The translations under genes and the position numbers were made by a program. 64,000 nucleotides of DNA from positions 1,536,001 to 1,600,000 of the forward strand of contig OZ245006.1 in the NCBI GenBank assembly GCA_965223545.1, read 5' to 3'. Positions 41,035 to 50,798 of this stretch are shown here, piece after piece. How positions within the stretch are numbered: position 1 is the first letter of the stretch; each line of letters opens with the position of its first letter. Source of the stretch: Planctomycetota bacterium. GTDB lineage: Bacteria; Planctomycetota; UBA1135; UBA2386. The notes beneath the pieces were generated by a model. That model searched no databases and was not told the origin of the DNA. It was given only the letters and a program-made list of their open reading frames with translations.

Positions 41035-42645
41035 TCATCTTCCAGTCGACAGACGCAACCCCGCGCTGTGCGCCAAGCCGCCGCTGGCACCGGCATCGAC
41101 GAAGAAGGCCTGGCCGAACAACACCGCGCAGCCGGTGGCCGGGGCGCGCACCGCGAGCCGGGTGCCGGCGGCCGGCACCATGAGCGGCACACTCCACGCC
41201 GGCTGCACCAATGCCGTGGCGCCCCCCGGCAGGGGCACGCTGGCGGCCGCCGTGCCGAGCACCAACGCCGCCGCGGCCGTCGCGGCCTGGCCACTGTCGA
41301 TCTCGAAGTGCGTCAGCGCCCCCCAGGCCGGATCGTCGGACATACCCAGCGTGGGCGTGCCGCCGCCCGCGTGCGCGGAACCGTAGTCACGAAAGCCCGC
41401 CCAGCACAGCGGTCCCGCGACCACGTAGGCGGCGTTCTCGCTCATCGCGCCGACGACGAAATCCAGCCCGCCGTCGCCGTCGAGATCGCCGATCAGATCC
41501 ACGTCCGCACCGAACGAGGCCCTGTTCTGCGTCGACGACACGGTCCACAGACGGCGGCCGTCGCGACCCGAGTACAGTCGCATCTGGCCGGCGTTGGTTG
41601 CACCAGCCGCAGAACGACGCGCGCCGACGAGCACATCGTCGAAGCCATCGCCGTTCACGTCGGGGATGATGCCGCGGCTGCTGAAGCCGACGCCTGGATC
41701 GGCGAACGTGTGCAGCGTCGCACCGGTGCGGCCGGAGAACACGCGCGCTCGGTCCTGGTCGCCTTCGCCGAGAAACAGATCGTCGGTGCCGTCGGCGTCG
41801 ACGTCACCACCGGACGCCAGGTTGTCGCCATCGAGCGGAAGCCCGAGGTCGACGTTGTCGATCTGCAGCCGGACCGCGGTCGTCGTGCCATCGAACCCGA
41901 TGACGTACAGCCGGCCCGCGGTCTGCAGTACACCCGTCCCGAGCCGCGCGGCGATCGCGAGCTCGTCGCGGCCATCGCCGTCGGTGTCGCGCACGAACGC
42001 GAGACCGCTGCCCCAAACCCCTTCCGCGGCGATCGGGTCGATCGTCGTCAGCGGCGCGAACCCGGGCCCCGAGAACACGTAGACCCGCCGCCGCACGCTG
42101 GCGGCAACGGCGACGTCATCGACGCCGTCGCCGTCGAAGTCGCCGCGCGTGGCGACGCTGTAGCCGAAGCGATCGAGCGTTGCTGCACCACTCAGGGTTT
42201 GCAGCGTCGCGCCCGTCGCGCCGGAGAACACGTGCACGAAACCGGGACCGCTGTTCCAGAACGGTGCGCTGGCGAACACCTCGTCCACCCCGTCACCATC
42301 CATGTCGGCGCCGCGCTCGAGCGCGAAGCCGAGGATGTGCGACTGCTGCTGGACGTTCGCGTTGCGACTCCACAGCTCGCTGCCATCGGCGCCCGAGCGC
42401 ATCGAGACGCGACCGATGTTCAGCTGGAAGAACGGCGCGCTGACGGCGAAGTCGACAACGCCATCGCCGTCGACGTCCCCCATCGCGCGCACTCGCCAAC
42501 CGAACAGCTCGGACGTGCCGGCCGGGGCGCTGCCGCGCACAATGGTGCGCGCGGCAGGCTCGAGCCACTGCGCAGCCTGCGAGGGTGAGGAAAGCCCCGC
42601 GAGAAGGGCAAAGGAGAACACGGAACAACGGGCGCTGTGCGGCAT
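41035..42645 (-). CDS. Secreted FG-GAP (integrin-alpha-like) 7-blade propeller protein with C-terminal module
   Basis: Seven D.DGDG.DD-type FG-GAP repeats; signal peptide. Confidence 0.9.
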   Translation of the reverse strand: MPHSARCSVFSFALLAGLSSPSQAAQWLEPAARTIVRGSAPAGTSELFGWRVRAMGDVDGDGVVDFAVSAPFFQLNIGRVSMRSGADGSELWSRNANVQQQSHILGFALERGADMDGDGVDEVFASAPFWNSGPGFVHVFSGATGATLQTLSGAATLDRFGYSVATRGDFDGDGVDDVAVAASVRRRVYVFSGPGFAPLTTIDPIAAEGVWGSGLAFVRDTDGDGRDELAIAARLGTGVLQTAGRLYVIGFDGTTTAVRLQIDNVDLGLPLDGDNLASGGDVDADGTDDLFLGEGDQDRARVFSGRTGATLHTFADPGVGFSSRGIIPDVNGDGFDDVLVGARRSAAGATNAGQMRLYSGRDGRRLWTVSSTQNRASFGADVDLIGDLDGDGGLDFVVGAMSENAAYVVAGPLCWAGFRDYGSAHAGGGTPTLGMSDDPAWGALTHFEIDSGQAATAAAALVLGTAAASVPLPGGATALVQPAWSVPLMVPAAGTRLAVRAPATGCAVLFGQAFFVDAGASGGLAHSAGLRLSTGR

Positions 42646-42745
42646 CGGCTCAATCGGTCGGTGGGGTTGCGGGGCGCGTTCGGACCTGCCAACGGGTAGA
42701 CCGCGCGCCTCGTCGCTGCTTCACCGAAACCGAGTGCCGCCGACT

Positions 42746-44098
42746 TCAGCGCACGTCGATCCGCACGCCGTTGGACAGCGAGAAGCCCAGCGTCGCGCTC
42801 GGATCGATCGCCGCCACCTGCGCGTACACCGAAGCGACTCCAACGCCTGCCGGCAATGGAAGCACGACGTGCGCCTGGCCGATCGGGTTGGCCTGGCCCG
42901 GCACGGTGACCGCGCGACTGGCATCGATCAGCAAACGGCAACCACCCGGCAGGGGAATGTCGGCCGCGCTCGGTGCCAAGGCGAAGACGACGGCACCGCC
43001 GCCCGGCCCTCCCGTGGTCAGCAGGCTGACCCGGTCGCCGCCGGTCGGCCGGCCGATCGCCATCGCGCGCGTCCCACAGCCGGTGCCGTATGGCTGCACG
43101 GCGGTGGGCTCGAGCAGCAGCGCGCGGTTGTCGGGGCCGATGCTGCCGTGCGCGGCGATGCGGCCGCGGTCATCGATGCCGGACACGGTCTCTACCTTTG
43201 CCAGCTGGGCGGGGTCGACCCAGTCGTCCAACCGCTGCAAGCCCAGCCCCGGCACCCAGACGTGCCCGATCCGATCGAAGCGGGGAGGGGAGACGCTGGT
43301 CCGCAGCCACTGCGTGCCGACAACCACGCCGAAGTCGTTGAGCCCACCGACCGTGCGCATCTGCACGGTCGCCGGGCGTGGCAGGACTTCCCATCCCAGC
43401 CCATCGGTGTAGCGCGCCAGCTCGAGGGCAGTGGTCACGCCGACCATCTGCCCGAGCTGGTTGATGCGCTCGGCGACGATCGGACCGAGCGGCAACAGTG
43501 GCTGACCCGGCGTGAGGCGATAGGGTGCGGCGTCCACGACCAGGCAGACCTGCCCGGCGTCATTGAGATCCAGCGCGCTGCTGCTGCCCGCCGAAGGGGC
43601 CAGCTCGATCCGCCCCGACGACGCCGTCCACGAGAACGCGCGCTGTGGCCCACCCATCGTCGTGAAGTTCCCCACGACGGTGCCGCCGGCGTTGATCGCC
43701 AACGCCGTGCTGAACGAGTCGCCCGGCTGCGACAGAGAAACCGCATTGCCCAGGGCATCCCACAACACCGCGATCGTCGGCGTCCCCGCGGTGAACCCAC
43801 GACAGTACCCGGCGGCGAGCCCGACATCGTTGACGTCCGCCGGGCTACCTTGCGAGTAGCCGCTGCAGATCTCCAGCGCGGCCATGCCCGTCGCCGCCGA
43901 CCAGACGAATGGATCCCACACTGCCGAGCCGCAGACGAACTCGCCGTTCGTGCTCATCGCGTCGGCCGTCACTCCGGCGAGCGCGGACTGTCCGGGCACC
44001 ACCCCGAGATCGACGACGCGGTACGGATACGCTTGCGCCGAAACGGTAAACGACGAGAGTAGAAGGCCGAGGGCAGCCATGGGTCGCTTGAGGATCAT
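42746..44098 (-). CDS. Secreted HAF-repeat-like protein with C-terminal module
   Basis: YRVVDLG, A.AIN..G.VVG...RAF.W repeats; signal peptide (start 44098 or 44080). Confidence 0.78.
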   Translation of the reverse strand: MILKRPMAALGLLLSSFTVSAQAYPYRVVDLGVVPGQSALAGVTADAMSTNGEFVCGSAVWDPFVWSAATGMAALEICSGYSQGSPADVNDVGLAAGYCRGFTAGTPTIAVLWDALGNAVSLSQPGDSFSTALAINAGGTVVGNFTTMGGPQRAFSWTASSGRIELAPSAGSSSALDLNDAGQVCLVVDAAPYRLTPGQPLLPLGPIVAERINQLGQMVGVTTALELARYTDGLGWEVLPRPATVQMRTVGGLNDFGVVVGTQWLRTSVSPPRFDRIGHVWVPGLGLQRLDDWVDPAQLAKVETVSGIDDRGRIAAHGSIGPDNRALLLEPTAVQPYGTGCGTRAMAIGRPTGGDRVSLLTTGGPGGGAVVFALAPSAADIPLPGGCRLLIDASRAVTVPGQANPIGQAHVVLPLPAGVGVASVYAQVAAIDPSATLGFSLSNGVRIDVR

Positions 44099-44206
44099 CG
44101 TGTTCTCCGCCGGCCGGTAGACCGGCGATCGCCTTCTGTTGCAGGCAATTCGACGCATCGCGAGGAATTCGCAAGCCCCCCCGGACGCCCCCCAAGTCTC
44201 CCGCCG

Positions 44207-45328
44207 ATGCACGATTCCACCAAGCGCGCACTCTCCCTGACGACGTCCGGCGCCCTCCTGGGAGTTGCCCTGGGCGCGTTCGCCCAGCGACAGTGGGATC
44301 TCCCTTTTCCACCGCGCGAGTACGTCGCAGTGGCCGGGGAACCCACTGGCACGGCACAACAGTTCTTCGGCCCTCCGTTGCGGCAGCCGGAGCTGTTCGT
44401 TGCCGACGCCATGGCAGGCCACCTGCGCCGGGGCAACATCTCTCGTACGCTGCCGTGGCCCGAGCATCCCGATGGCGAGATCGTGCTGCGCACCAACAAC
44501 CTCGGCTTCCGCGAAGACCAGGACACCAAGCCGAACGCGGAGAATGGCGCCCGGCGCGTGCTCGTCCTCGGTGATTCGCACACCGATGGCTTGGTCAACA
44601 ACCACGAGTCGTTCGCCAATCGCATCGAAGACGCGCTGCGCACCCGGACGAACACGGACTGGGAAGTGATCAACGGTGGTGTGGGCTTGCACGGCCCACA
44701 CAACTACGTCGGCGCACTCGAACGGCATCTTCCGCTGGCGCCCGATGCCGTCATTGTCACTGTCTACACCGGCAACGACTTTCTCGACAGCGCGAGGACG
44801 GCGCACCTGCGCAAGGCGATCTACGTACCGCCGCGAAGCACGGAGTACGAAGACCGGCTGCGCGCGGCGCGCCGCATTTCCAATGCTGCAGTCAGCCAAG
44901 CCCTCAACCAAGCGTTCTTCCTGGCCCAGTTCGACACGCTGATCGAGGTCGTCGAGCGGGTCGCGAGGCGGCAGCTGAGCAAGCTGTTGGATCGTTGCAG
45001 AGACGCCGGCGCGACCCCCTTCGTGCTTCTGTTGCCGACCAAGCTCGATGTCGACTGGCCCCGATCCGGGCGCCCCTCTGAGTGGCCGGAGCTACAACGA
45101 ACACTACTGCTCGCCGAACCTGCACTGACCCTCCACCGCGATCTCGCTGCGCGCCTGATGCTGCATCTGCGCCGGCGCGGGAGCCACTCCCTGGACCTTT
45201 TGCCGGCACTTCAACGGCAACGCACACCGATGTTCTGGGAGGCGGACTACCACCTCAACGTCGACGGTCACAGCGTGGTTGCCGAGGCGTTCGTTCAGCG
45301 GTTCGGCGACACGATGGCCGAACTGTAG
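44207..45328 (+). CDS. SGNH/GDSL hydrolase family protein
   Basis: TNNLGFR, VLVLGDSHTDG, INGGV, GND, DYHLN. Confidence 0.88.
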   Translation: MHDSTKRALSLTTSGALLGVALGAFAQRQWDLPFPPREYVAVAGEPTGTAQQFFGPPLRQPELFVADAMAGHLRRGNISRTLPWPEHPDGEIVLRTNNLGFREDQDTKPNAENGARRVLVLGDSHTDGLVNNHESFANRIEDALRTRTNTDWEVINGGVGLHGPHNYVGALERHLPLAPDAVIVTVYTGNDFLDSARTAHLRKAIYVPPRSTEYEDRLRAARRISNAAVSQALNQAFFLAQFDTLIEVVERVARRQLSKLLDRCRDAGATPFVLLLPTKLDVDWPRSGRPSEWPELQRTLLLAEPALTLHRDLAARLMLHLRRRGSHSLDLLPALQRQRTPMFWEADYHLNVDGHSVVAEAFVQRFGDTMAEL

Positions 45329-45370
45329 TCCCCCGGTGCGCGACCTCGAGGGCTTGACTACAGTGCCGCC

Positions 45371-47899
45371 TTGAACGCTGCGTACCGCCTCCTGTTCGTC
45401 GCGACCGTCGCGCTCTCCACCGGCTGCGCGTCGTTGCGCTACTCCGCCGACATCGCCGCGGTCGTCGACCGCCTACAGCCTGCGCCGGTGATGCGGCACG
45501 TCGACGCGCTGGACCGCCTCGGCCCGCGCCCGGCGAGTGATGGCGAGGCGACCCGCGCCACGGTCGACTGGTTGGCGGCGCAGCTGCGAGCACTCGGACT
45601 CGAGGTCGTCGAGAACCCGGTCGAGGTGCGGTTCGAGCAAGTGTTCGTCGCCGATGTCCGGCCGTCGACCGATCCCGACGCCGCGCCGCAGGAGCTCGAG
45701 GTCGCATTCGACCTACCGCACGCCGGTCGCAACGCAATCCGGGCGCAGTCCGACCTGCTGCGCGCCAAGGGTTGGCTGGTCGACGGCTACGCGCTGCGCA
45801 GCATCGATCCACCCCGGATCGTGACGGTCCCCAACTTGATCGCCACGATCCGCGGTCGAGTCCGCCCCAACGAAGTCGTCGAGCTGAGCGCGCACTACGA
45901 CACCGTGCCGAACACCGCCGGCGCCGACGACAACAGCAGCGGGGTGGCGGCGTTGCTGGAGATCGCGCGCTTGCTGGCCGCAACACCCACGGCGCGCACC
46001 ATTCGCCTCTGCTTCTTCGGCGCGGAGGAGGTCGGGTTGCGCGGCAGCGCGGCCCACGTCGCCGCGATCACTGCCGGCGACGAGGAGCTGATCGGCCTGA
46101 TCAATCTCGACGCGGTGGGATTCACCGCGCCTGCCAGCGCGGCGCAGCGCACGCCGCCCGGAGTACCGTGGTTCTGGTCGCTACCGGACGAGGGCAACTT
46201 CGTCGCGGTGATCGGCACATCGTCGTCGGGCTGGTTGGGCAACCTGTTCGAGGCGGCGATCGACACCTACGTTCCAGAGCTGCGCTACTACAGCGCCAAT
46301 CGCATCGGCGGCTGGTTCAGAGATGCCGAGCGCAGCGATCACGCCCAGTACTGGCGTGCCGGGCTGCCGGCGATCTTCATCACCGATACCGGCGAGTTCC
46401 GCAGCCCTCACTACCACCGACCGAGCGACGTGCCGGAGACGCTGGACGCGGGCTTTCTCACCGCGGTGGCGCGCGCGACGTTGGCCACGGCCCTACACCT
46501 CGCCCAGCCGATCTGGCCGGAGCGAGGCGCGCCCGTGCGACAGTCCGCCACACCGCTGCCCGCGCTCGACCCCAGCGCGCTGCAGACCGAAGAGGACGAG
46601 TGGTTTGGCATCTACATCGATGGCCAGAAAGCGGGCTGGTCTCACACCCGCAGCGGCCCGGCGCCGGCGCGGGCCGGCGGCGCGCGGTGGCAGCGAACGA
46701 CGAGATCGAGGATGCACCTGTCCGGCGCGGCGGGCGCCTTCGAGATCACAACGTTGCAAGAAGACGTCTACCAGGGCGACGCGCCCTTTCTGTTGCTCGA
46801 GTCGGTGTCGCGCACGGTGCGCGGCGGCGACGGCGAGACGACCCGGATCGTGCGGCGAGGCCAGGACCTCTACATCGAGCAAGACCGGCAACCGAAGGGT
46901 GTGATCGAAAGCGCCGACTACGGTCTCGCCGACGCGCTGCACGAGCGCCGTTGGCTCTCGACCATGCCGCCGATCGGGACGACGCTGGCCACGCGGGTCC
47001 TCGATACCGACGGTGCGCGGCTCGCCTCGGCGACCAGCCGCGTGCTGCGGCGGGGTGCCTCGATGGTGCGAGGCGTGCCCGTGCACTGGGTCGAGATCGA
47101 GCGCACGCGGCCGGGCGACCCGGAACCGGAAACGCAGAGCTGTGATGACCGCGGCCGCACCTGGCACTGGCGCATGGGCGCCTACGAGCTGCGCCGCGAG
47201 CCGCGCGCGATCGCGCAACAACTGGATCGGCCGGTCGACCTCGGCCTGCTGGGCGCGGTCTCGCTGCGGCCCGCAGTGGCCGACATTCGCGAGCGGGACG
47301 CGCTGCGACTGACCGCGATCGGCGAAGGCACGCGGCACTTGCGCGACGGCCCCGGCCAACGCGTCGAGGCGCGCGGGCCCGACCACGTCGTGGTGCTGCT
47401 GGCTCCGCGACGACTGCCCCTACCGGCCGACCCCGCCTCGGTCCGGGCGGCGACCGCGGCGAGGGCCGACCTGCCGGAATCGGTACACCGGCTCGCGGCG
47501 AACACGGTCGGCGACATCGTGGGGGAGAACGCGCGCGTCCGCCGACTGGTCGCCTTCGTCCGCGACCACCTCGAAGACGACGACTGGGTCGCCGACCACC
47601 CGACGTTGGACGCGCTGCTGGCGGCCGGCCGGGGCGACTGCAGCGACCACGCGCGCCTGTTGGTCGCGCTGGCGCAGGCCGCGGGCACCGCCGCACGCCG
47701 GGTCGCCGGCCTCCTGTCCGAGGACGGGGTCACCTTCCATCCACACGAATGGTGCGAAGTCGCCGTCGACGGCACGTGGTGGCCCGTCGATCCGATCTTC
47801 GGCCGCACCGCGCTGCATGCGGGCTACCTGCGTATGGGCGGCGACGCCAGCGTATTGCTCGCGCCACGCATGGAACTGCGGCACGCAGACTCGCCCTGA
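45371..47899 (+). CDS. Lipoprotein: M28 peptidase fused to a transglutaminase-like domain
   Basis: Lipobox LSTGC; AHYDT, GADDNSSG, GAEEVGL, SDH, YH; C-terminal GDC..HA, HEWCEV, W.PVD. Confidence 0.85.
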   Translation: MNAAYRLLFVATVALSTGCASLRYSADIAAVVDRLQPAPVMRHVDALDRLGPRPASDGEATRATVDWLAAQLRALGLEVVENPVEVRFEQVFVADVRPSTDPDAAPQELEVAFDLPHAGRNAIRAQSDLLRAKGWLVDGYALRSIDPPRIVTVPNLIATIRGRVRPNEVVELSAHYDTVPNTAGADDNSSGVAALLEIARLLAATPTARTIRLCFFGAEEVGLRGSAAHVAAITAGDEELIGLINLDAVGFTAPASAAQRTPPGVPWFWSLPDEGNFVAVIGTSSSGWLGNLFEAAIDTYVPELRYYSANRIGGWFRDAERSDHAQYWRAGLPAIFITDTGEFRSPHYHRPSDVPETLDAGFLTAVARATLATALHLAQPIWPERGAPVRQSATPLPALDPSALQTEEDEWFGIYIDGQKAGWSHTRSGPAPARAGGARWQRTTRSRMHLSGAAGAFEITTLQEDVYQGDAPFLLLESVSRTVRGGDGETTRIVRRGQDLYIEQDRQPKGVIESADYGLADALHERRWLSTMPPIGTTLATRVLDTDGARLASATSRVLRRGASMVRGVPVHWVEIERTRPGDPEPETQSCDDRGRTWHWRMGAYELRREPRAIAQQLDRPVDLGLLGAVSLRPAVADIRERDALRLTAIGEGTRHLRDGPGQRVEARGPDHVVVLLAPRRLPLPADPASVRAATAARADLPESVHRLAANTVGDIVGENARVRRLVAFVRDHLEDDDWVADHPTLDALLAAGRGDCSDHARLLVALAQAAGTAARRVAGLLSEDGVTFHPHEWCEVAVDGTWWPVDPIFGRTALHAGYLRMGGDASVLLAPRMELRHADSP

Positions 47900-47933
47900 C
47901 CGCCTTTCCATCCCAGCGGCTACGATTGTCCGC

Positions 47934-48449
47934 GTGCAGTCGATCCCTCCTCTCGGCCAACGCATCCGCATCTTGCTCTGGATCGGATGGAGCATCGCGG
48001 CGGTGCGCCTCGCGTTGGACGCGCTGTGGCCGCACGGGCCGATCACGATGTACTTCGGCAACTACTTCTTGTTGCCACTGGTCATGGCCTGGATCGGCCT
48101 GCGCCGCGACTGGGGTCCGATCGGCTGGCGCGCGGTCGCGCTGAGCATGGTCGTGGTCGCCGCCGCAGTCTGGGGCATCGGCAACGCAATCGCGTACAGC
48201 ACGGGCCAGGTGATGGAGTGGACCCACGGCCGCTTCTCACCGGGCACTGCCGTGGTCGCGGCCGATGGCAGCGTCGAGTACGAAGGTGCGCGCGCCGCAC
48301 CGGTGCAGGACACGCTGCTCGAGAAGCTGGGCCAGGGAGCCCTGCACGGTGTGCTGAGCACGCTGGCGGCCAGTGTTTGGTGCGTCGTCCTCGGCACCGT
48401 CCTGATTTGGCTCCCCGCCCGGGTTACCTCGCGACGGATCGCCCACTAG
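47934..48449 (+). CDS. Hypothetical membrane protein
   Basis: About 4 hydrophobic segments; GTG start assumed. Confidence 0.55.
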   Translation: MQSIPPLGQRIRILLWIGWSIAAVRLALDALWPHGPITMYFGNYFLLPLVMAWIGLRRDWGPIGWRAVALSMVVVAAAVWGIGNAIAYSTGQVMEWTHGRFSPGTAVVAADGSVEYEGARAAPVQDTLLEKLGQGALHGVLSTLAASVWCVVLGTVLIWLPARVTSRRIAH

Positions 48450-48458
48450 GCAAGGCTC

Positions 48459-50798
48459 ATGCACGAGGGCTCCCGCCCAGCACGCGCCGTCGCCGCTGCG
48501 ACCCTGGCCCTGGCCACCTTCGCCGCCGCGCAAGCGCGACGCGACGACGGCGTGCGCCGCGCGTTGTCGGTGCAGAGCGAGGCGCAGCTCACCCGGCTCC
48601 TCGGCGCGCATCCGTTCGCGGTCTTGGCGGCGCGCGCCCGGCTGCCTCGCGCAGAGGCTGCCGCGCAGTGGCCGCACCAGCGCGGCGACGTCCCCCTCCA
48701 CCTGCACCGCGAGGCGCTGGTCTGTGGGCTTTGGTCTTCGGACCGCGAGGTGGCATTCACCGCCGCGAGCGTGGTTCCCGAGCAGTGCCTCGATCTCGCC
48801 GACATCGACCGCTACCTCGCCATCTGTCGGCCCCGGCTGTTCGAGCCTGACTTGCGCTTCTCGTGGGACACGTTCAGTCACTGTCTCGACCCGGCAGGCG
48901 TCACCGCCGTGCTGCGCGGCATGGCGCGCGCACCCCGGGAATGCGACGCGCGCCACATGCTCGGCGATCTGCACCGCCTGCTGCGGATGGCGCACGCCGA
49001 GCCGCTCGCCGCCCTCTGCCACCACCCCGACTCGCTGCTGCGCGTCGAAGCCCGTGCTCACCTCGCCTACCTGACACACTTCGCGCCCGGCCCGCGGTCG
49101 CTGGTCGCCAGCGTCCTGCTCGAGTGGTCCGGCGGCGACGACGTCCGGCTGCGCGCCACGCCGGATGCCGAGTACACCCCACGACGGTACCAGCTGCCGG
49201 CGGAGCGGCCGGGTTGGCCAGCGGCGCTGCGCGCCTGCCTGCACCGGCTCTATCTGGAGCTGCCGGCGCCACCGGGCGACCCGACCGCGCGCTGGCCGCA
49301 GTTCGCCCCCTTTCTGCTGCGCTGGGCCGCGGACGAGGTCCCGACCGATGCAGACATCCCCCTGCTGGTCAGCCTGCTGGGCAGCGATCGAAGCGGCGCG
49401 CACGCGATCGCGCTGCGGGCAGCGCGATCGCTAAGTAGCAACCCTCGCCTCGACACTGCGCTGCGCCGCTTCATCGAAACACGCGCTCCGGATGAAAGCG
49501 GGCACTACTGGCTTGCGCACGCCGCCGCGGGGGGCGCCGCGCGGGGACAGCTGATCGCACACGCAGCGCGCGACGCGACGGCGCTGGCGGTCGCCCTCGA
49601 GATCGCACCCAACGAGGCCGCGGCGGCATGGGCGGCGACACTCACCTCGCCCGCACACGCCACCGCCGGCATCGATCGACTGATCGATGCCCACGACCTC
49701 TGCGGCTGGGCACCGGTGCACTGGTCGCCGAACGCGCCGGCCGCCATCGGCGACGTGCTCGATCGACACGCACCGACCCTGCCCTACCCCGCGCTGCACC
49801 GGCTGCTGGGCACCCTGCCGCGCTACCGCACGGCTGCAACGGTGAATGCCTACGCACAGGCCACCGATGGACCGCGCTCGGTCGACTGCCACGCCGCGCT
49901 GCTCGAAGTGCACGATCGCGCCGACCTCCGCGCCCGCCTTGCCGCCTGGCGAACGCACGCCGACTCCGCGGTCACCGACCACGCCCACCTGCGTCTGCTG
50001 CAGCTCGGTGCAACCGCACACGGTCCCGACCTGGTGCGGTGGACGGACGGACGGCCGGCGCATTGGATCACCTTGGCGCGGGCCGGCGGCAGCAAGGCGG
50101 TGCGCGACGCGCTGTCGCACCGCTTGCGCACGCACCCACCCCCCGGCGGCGAGTTCGACGAGACCGCCCTCATCCCCTTGGCGGCGGCCGCGGCGTTGAC
50201 TGTGCCCGAACGCGCGGCGCGGAACTGGCTGGCATCGCTGCGGCGACGACCGGACCTGGTCGCCGCACATTACGACACTTGGCGGGACGCAGTCCTCGCG
50301 GGAAACGCTGCGTCGGCCTTGCGCCACTTCGCCCAGGCGCAGCCGATGGAGACTCTGGAGCCCCGCGGTCTCGGCCTGGTCGACGATGCCGCGCTGCGTG
50401 CGCACCTGCACACGGTGCGCGCCACGCCAGGCGCCGCCGTCCAGGCGGTGATCGGTGAGCTCGCGCTGGCGGGAGAAGCATCGGCCCTCCACGAGCTCGC
50501 GCGCGTGCGCGCCAGGAAGCTGTACGGCTGGATCGACGACTCCCGCCCCGCCATCCTCACTCTGGGCAACCGCCTCGATCTCACCACCGAGTGGATCGAC
50601 GAGCTCGGCACCATCTGCTGCCGGCGCAACGCGGCAGCGTCGGCACTGGAAGCGCTGACCGGCTTCGACGCCCACGACGCCGCCGAGCACGGCCTCGTCG
50701 GCCAGCGCGACCACGCCCGCGCCTGGTTCGACGCGGTGCGCGACCGGCTGCGGTTCAGCCGCATCGCGCAGCGCTTCGTGGTCGCTCCGGCACGCTGA
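48459..50798 (+). CDS. Hypothetical protein, probably secreted and alpha-helical
   Basis: 779-aa ORF co-directional with neighbours; signal-like N-terminus; no recognised motif. Confidence 0.55.
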   Translation: MHEGSRPARAVAAATLALATFAAAQARRDDGVRRALSVQSEAQLTRLLGAHPFAVLAARARLPRAEAAAQWPHQRGDVPLHLHREALVCGLWSSDREVAFTAASVVPEQCLDLADIDRYLAICRPRLFEPDLRFSWDTFSHCLDPAGVTAVLRGMARAPRECDARHMLGDLHRLLRMAHAEPLAALCHHPDSLLRVEARAHLAYLTHFAPGPRSLVASVLLEWSGGDDVRLRATPDAEYTPRRYQLPAERPGWPAALRACLHRLYLELPAPPGDPTARWPQFAPFLLRWAADEVPTDADIPLLVSLLGSDRSGAHAIALRAARSLSSNPRLDTALRRFIETRAPDESGHYWLAHAAAGGAARGQLIAHAARDATALAVALEIAPNEAAAAWAATLTSPAHATAGIDRLIDAHDLCGWAPVHWSPNAPAAIGDVLDRHAPTLPYPALHRLLGTLPRYRTAATVNAYAQATDGPRSVDCHAALLEVHDRADLRARLAAWRTHADSAVTDHAHLRLLQLGATAHGPDLVRWTDGRPAHWITLARAGGSKAVRDALSHRLRTHPPPGGEFDETALIPLAAAAALTVPERAARNWLASLRRRPDLVAAHYDTWRDAVLAGNAASALRHFAQAQPMETLEPRGLGLVDDAALRAHLHTVRATPGAAVQAVIGELALAGEASALHELARVRARKLYGWIDDSRPAILTLGNRLDLTTEWIDELGTICCRRNAAASALEALTGFDAHDAAEHGLVGQRDHARAWFDAVRDRLRFSRIAQRFVVAPAR

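Noticed and set aside
45371..46500. M28 domain as the glutaminyl cyclase for the A|Q proteins
   Set aside because: Motifs (GADDNSSG, GAEE, SDH) look like a general two-zinc M28 aminopeptidase; no positive evidence for QC
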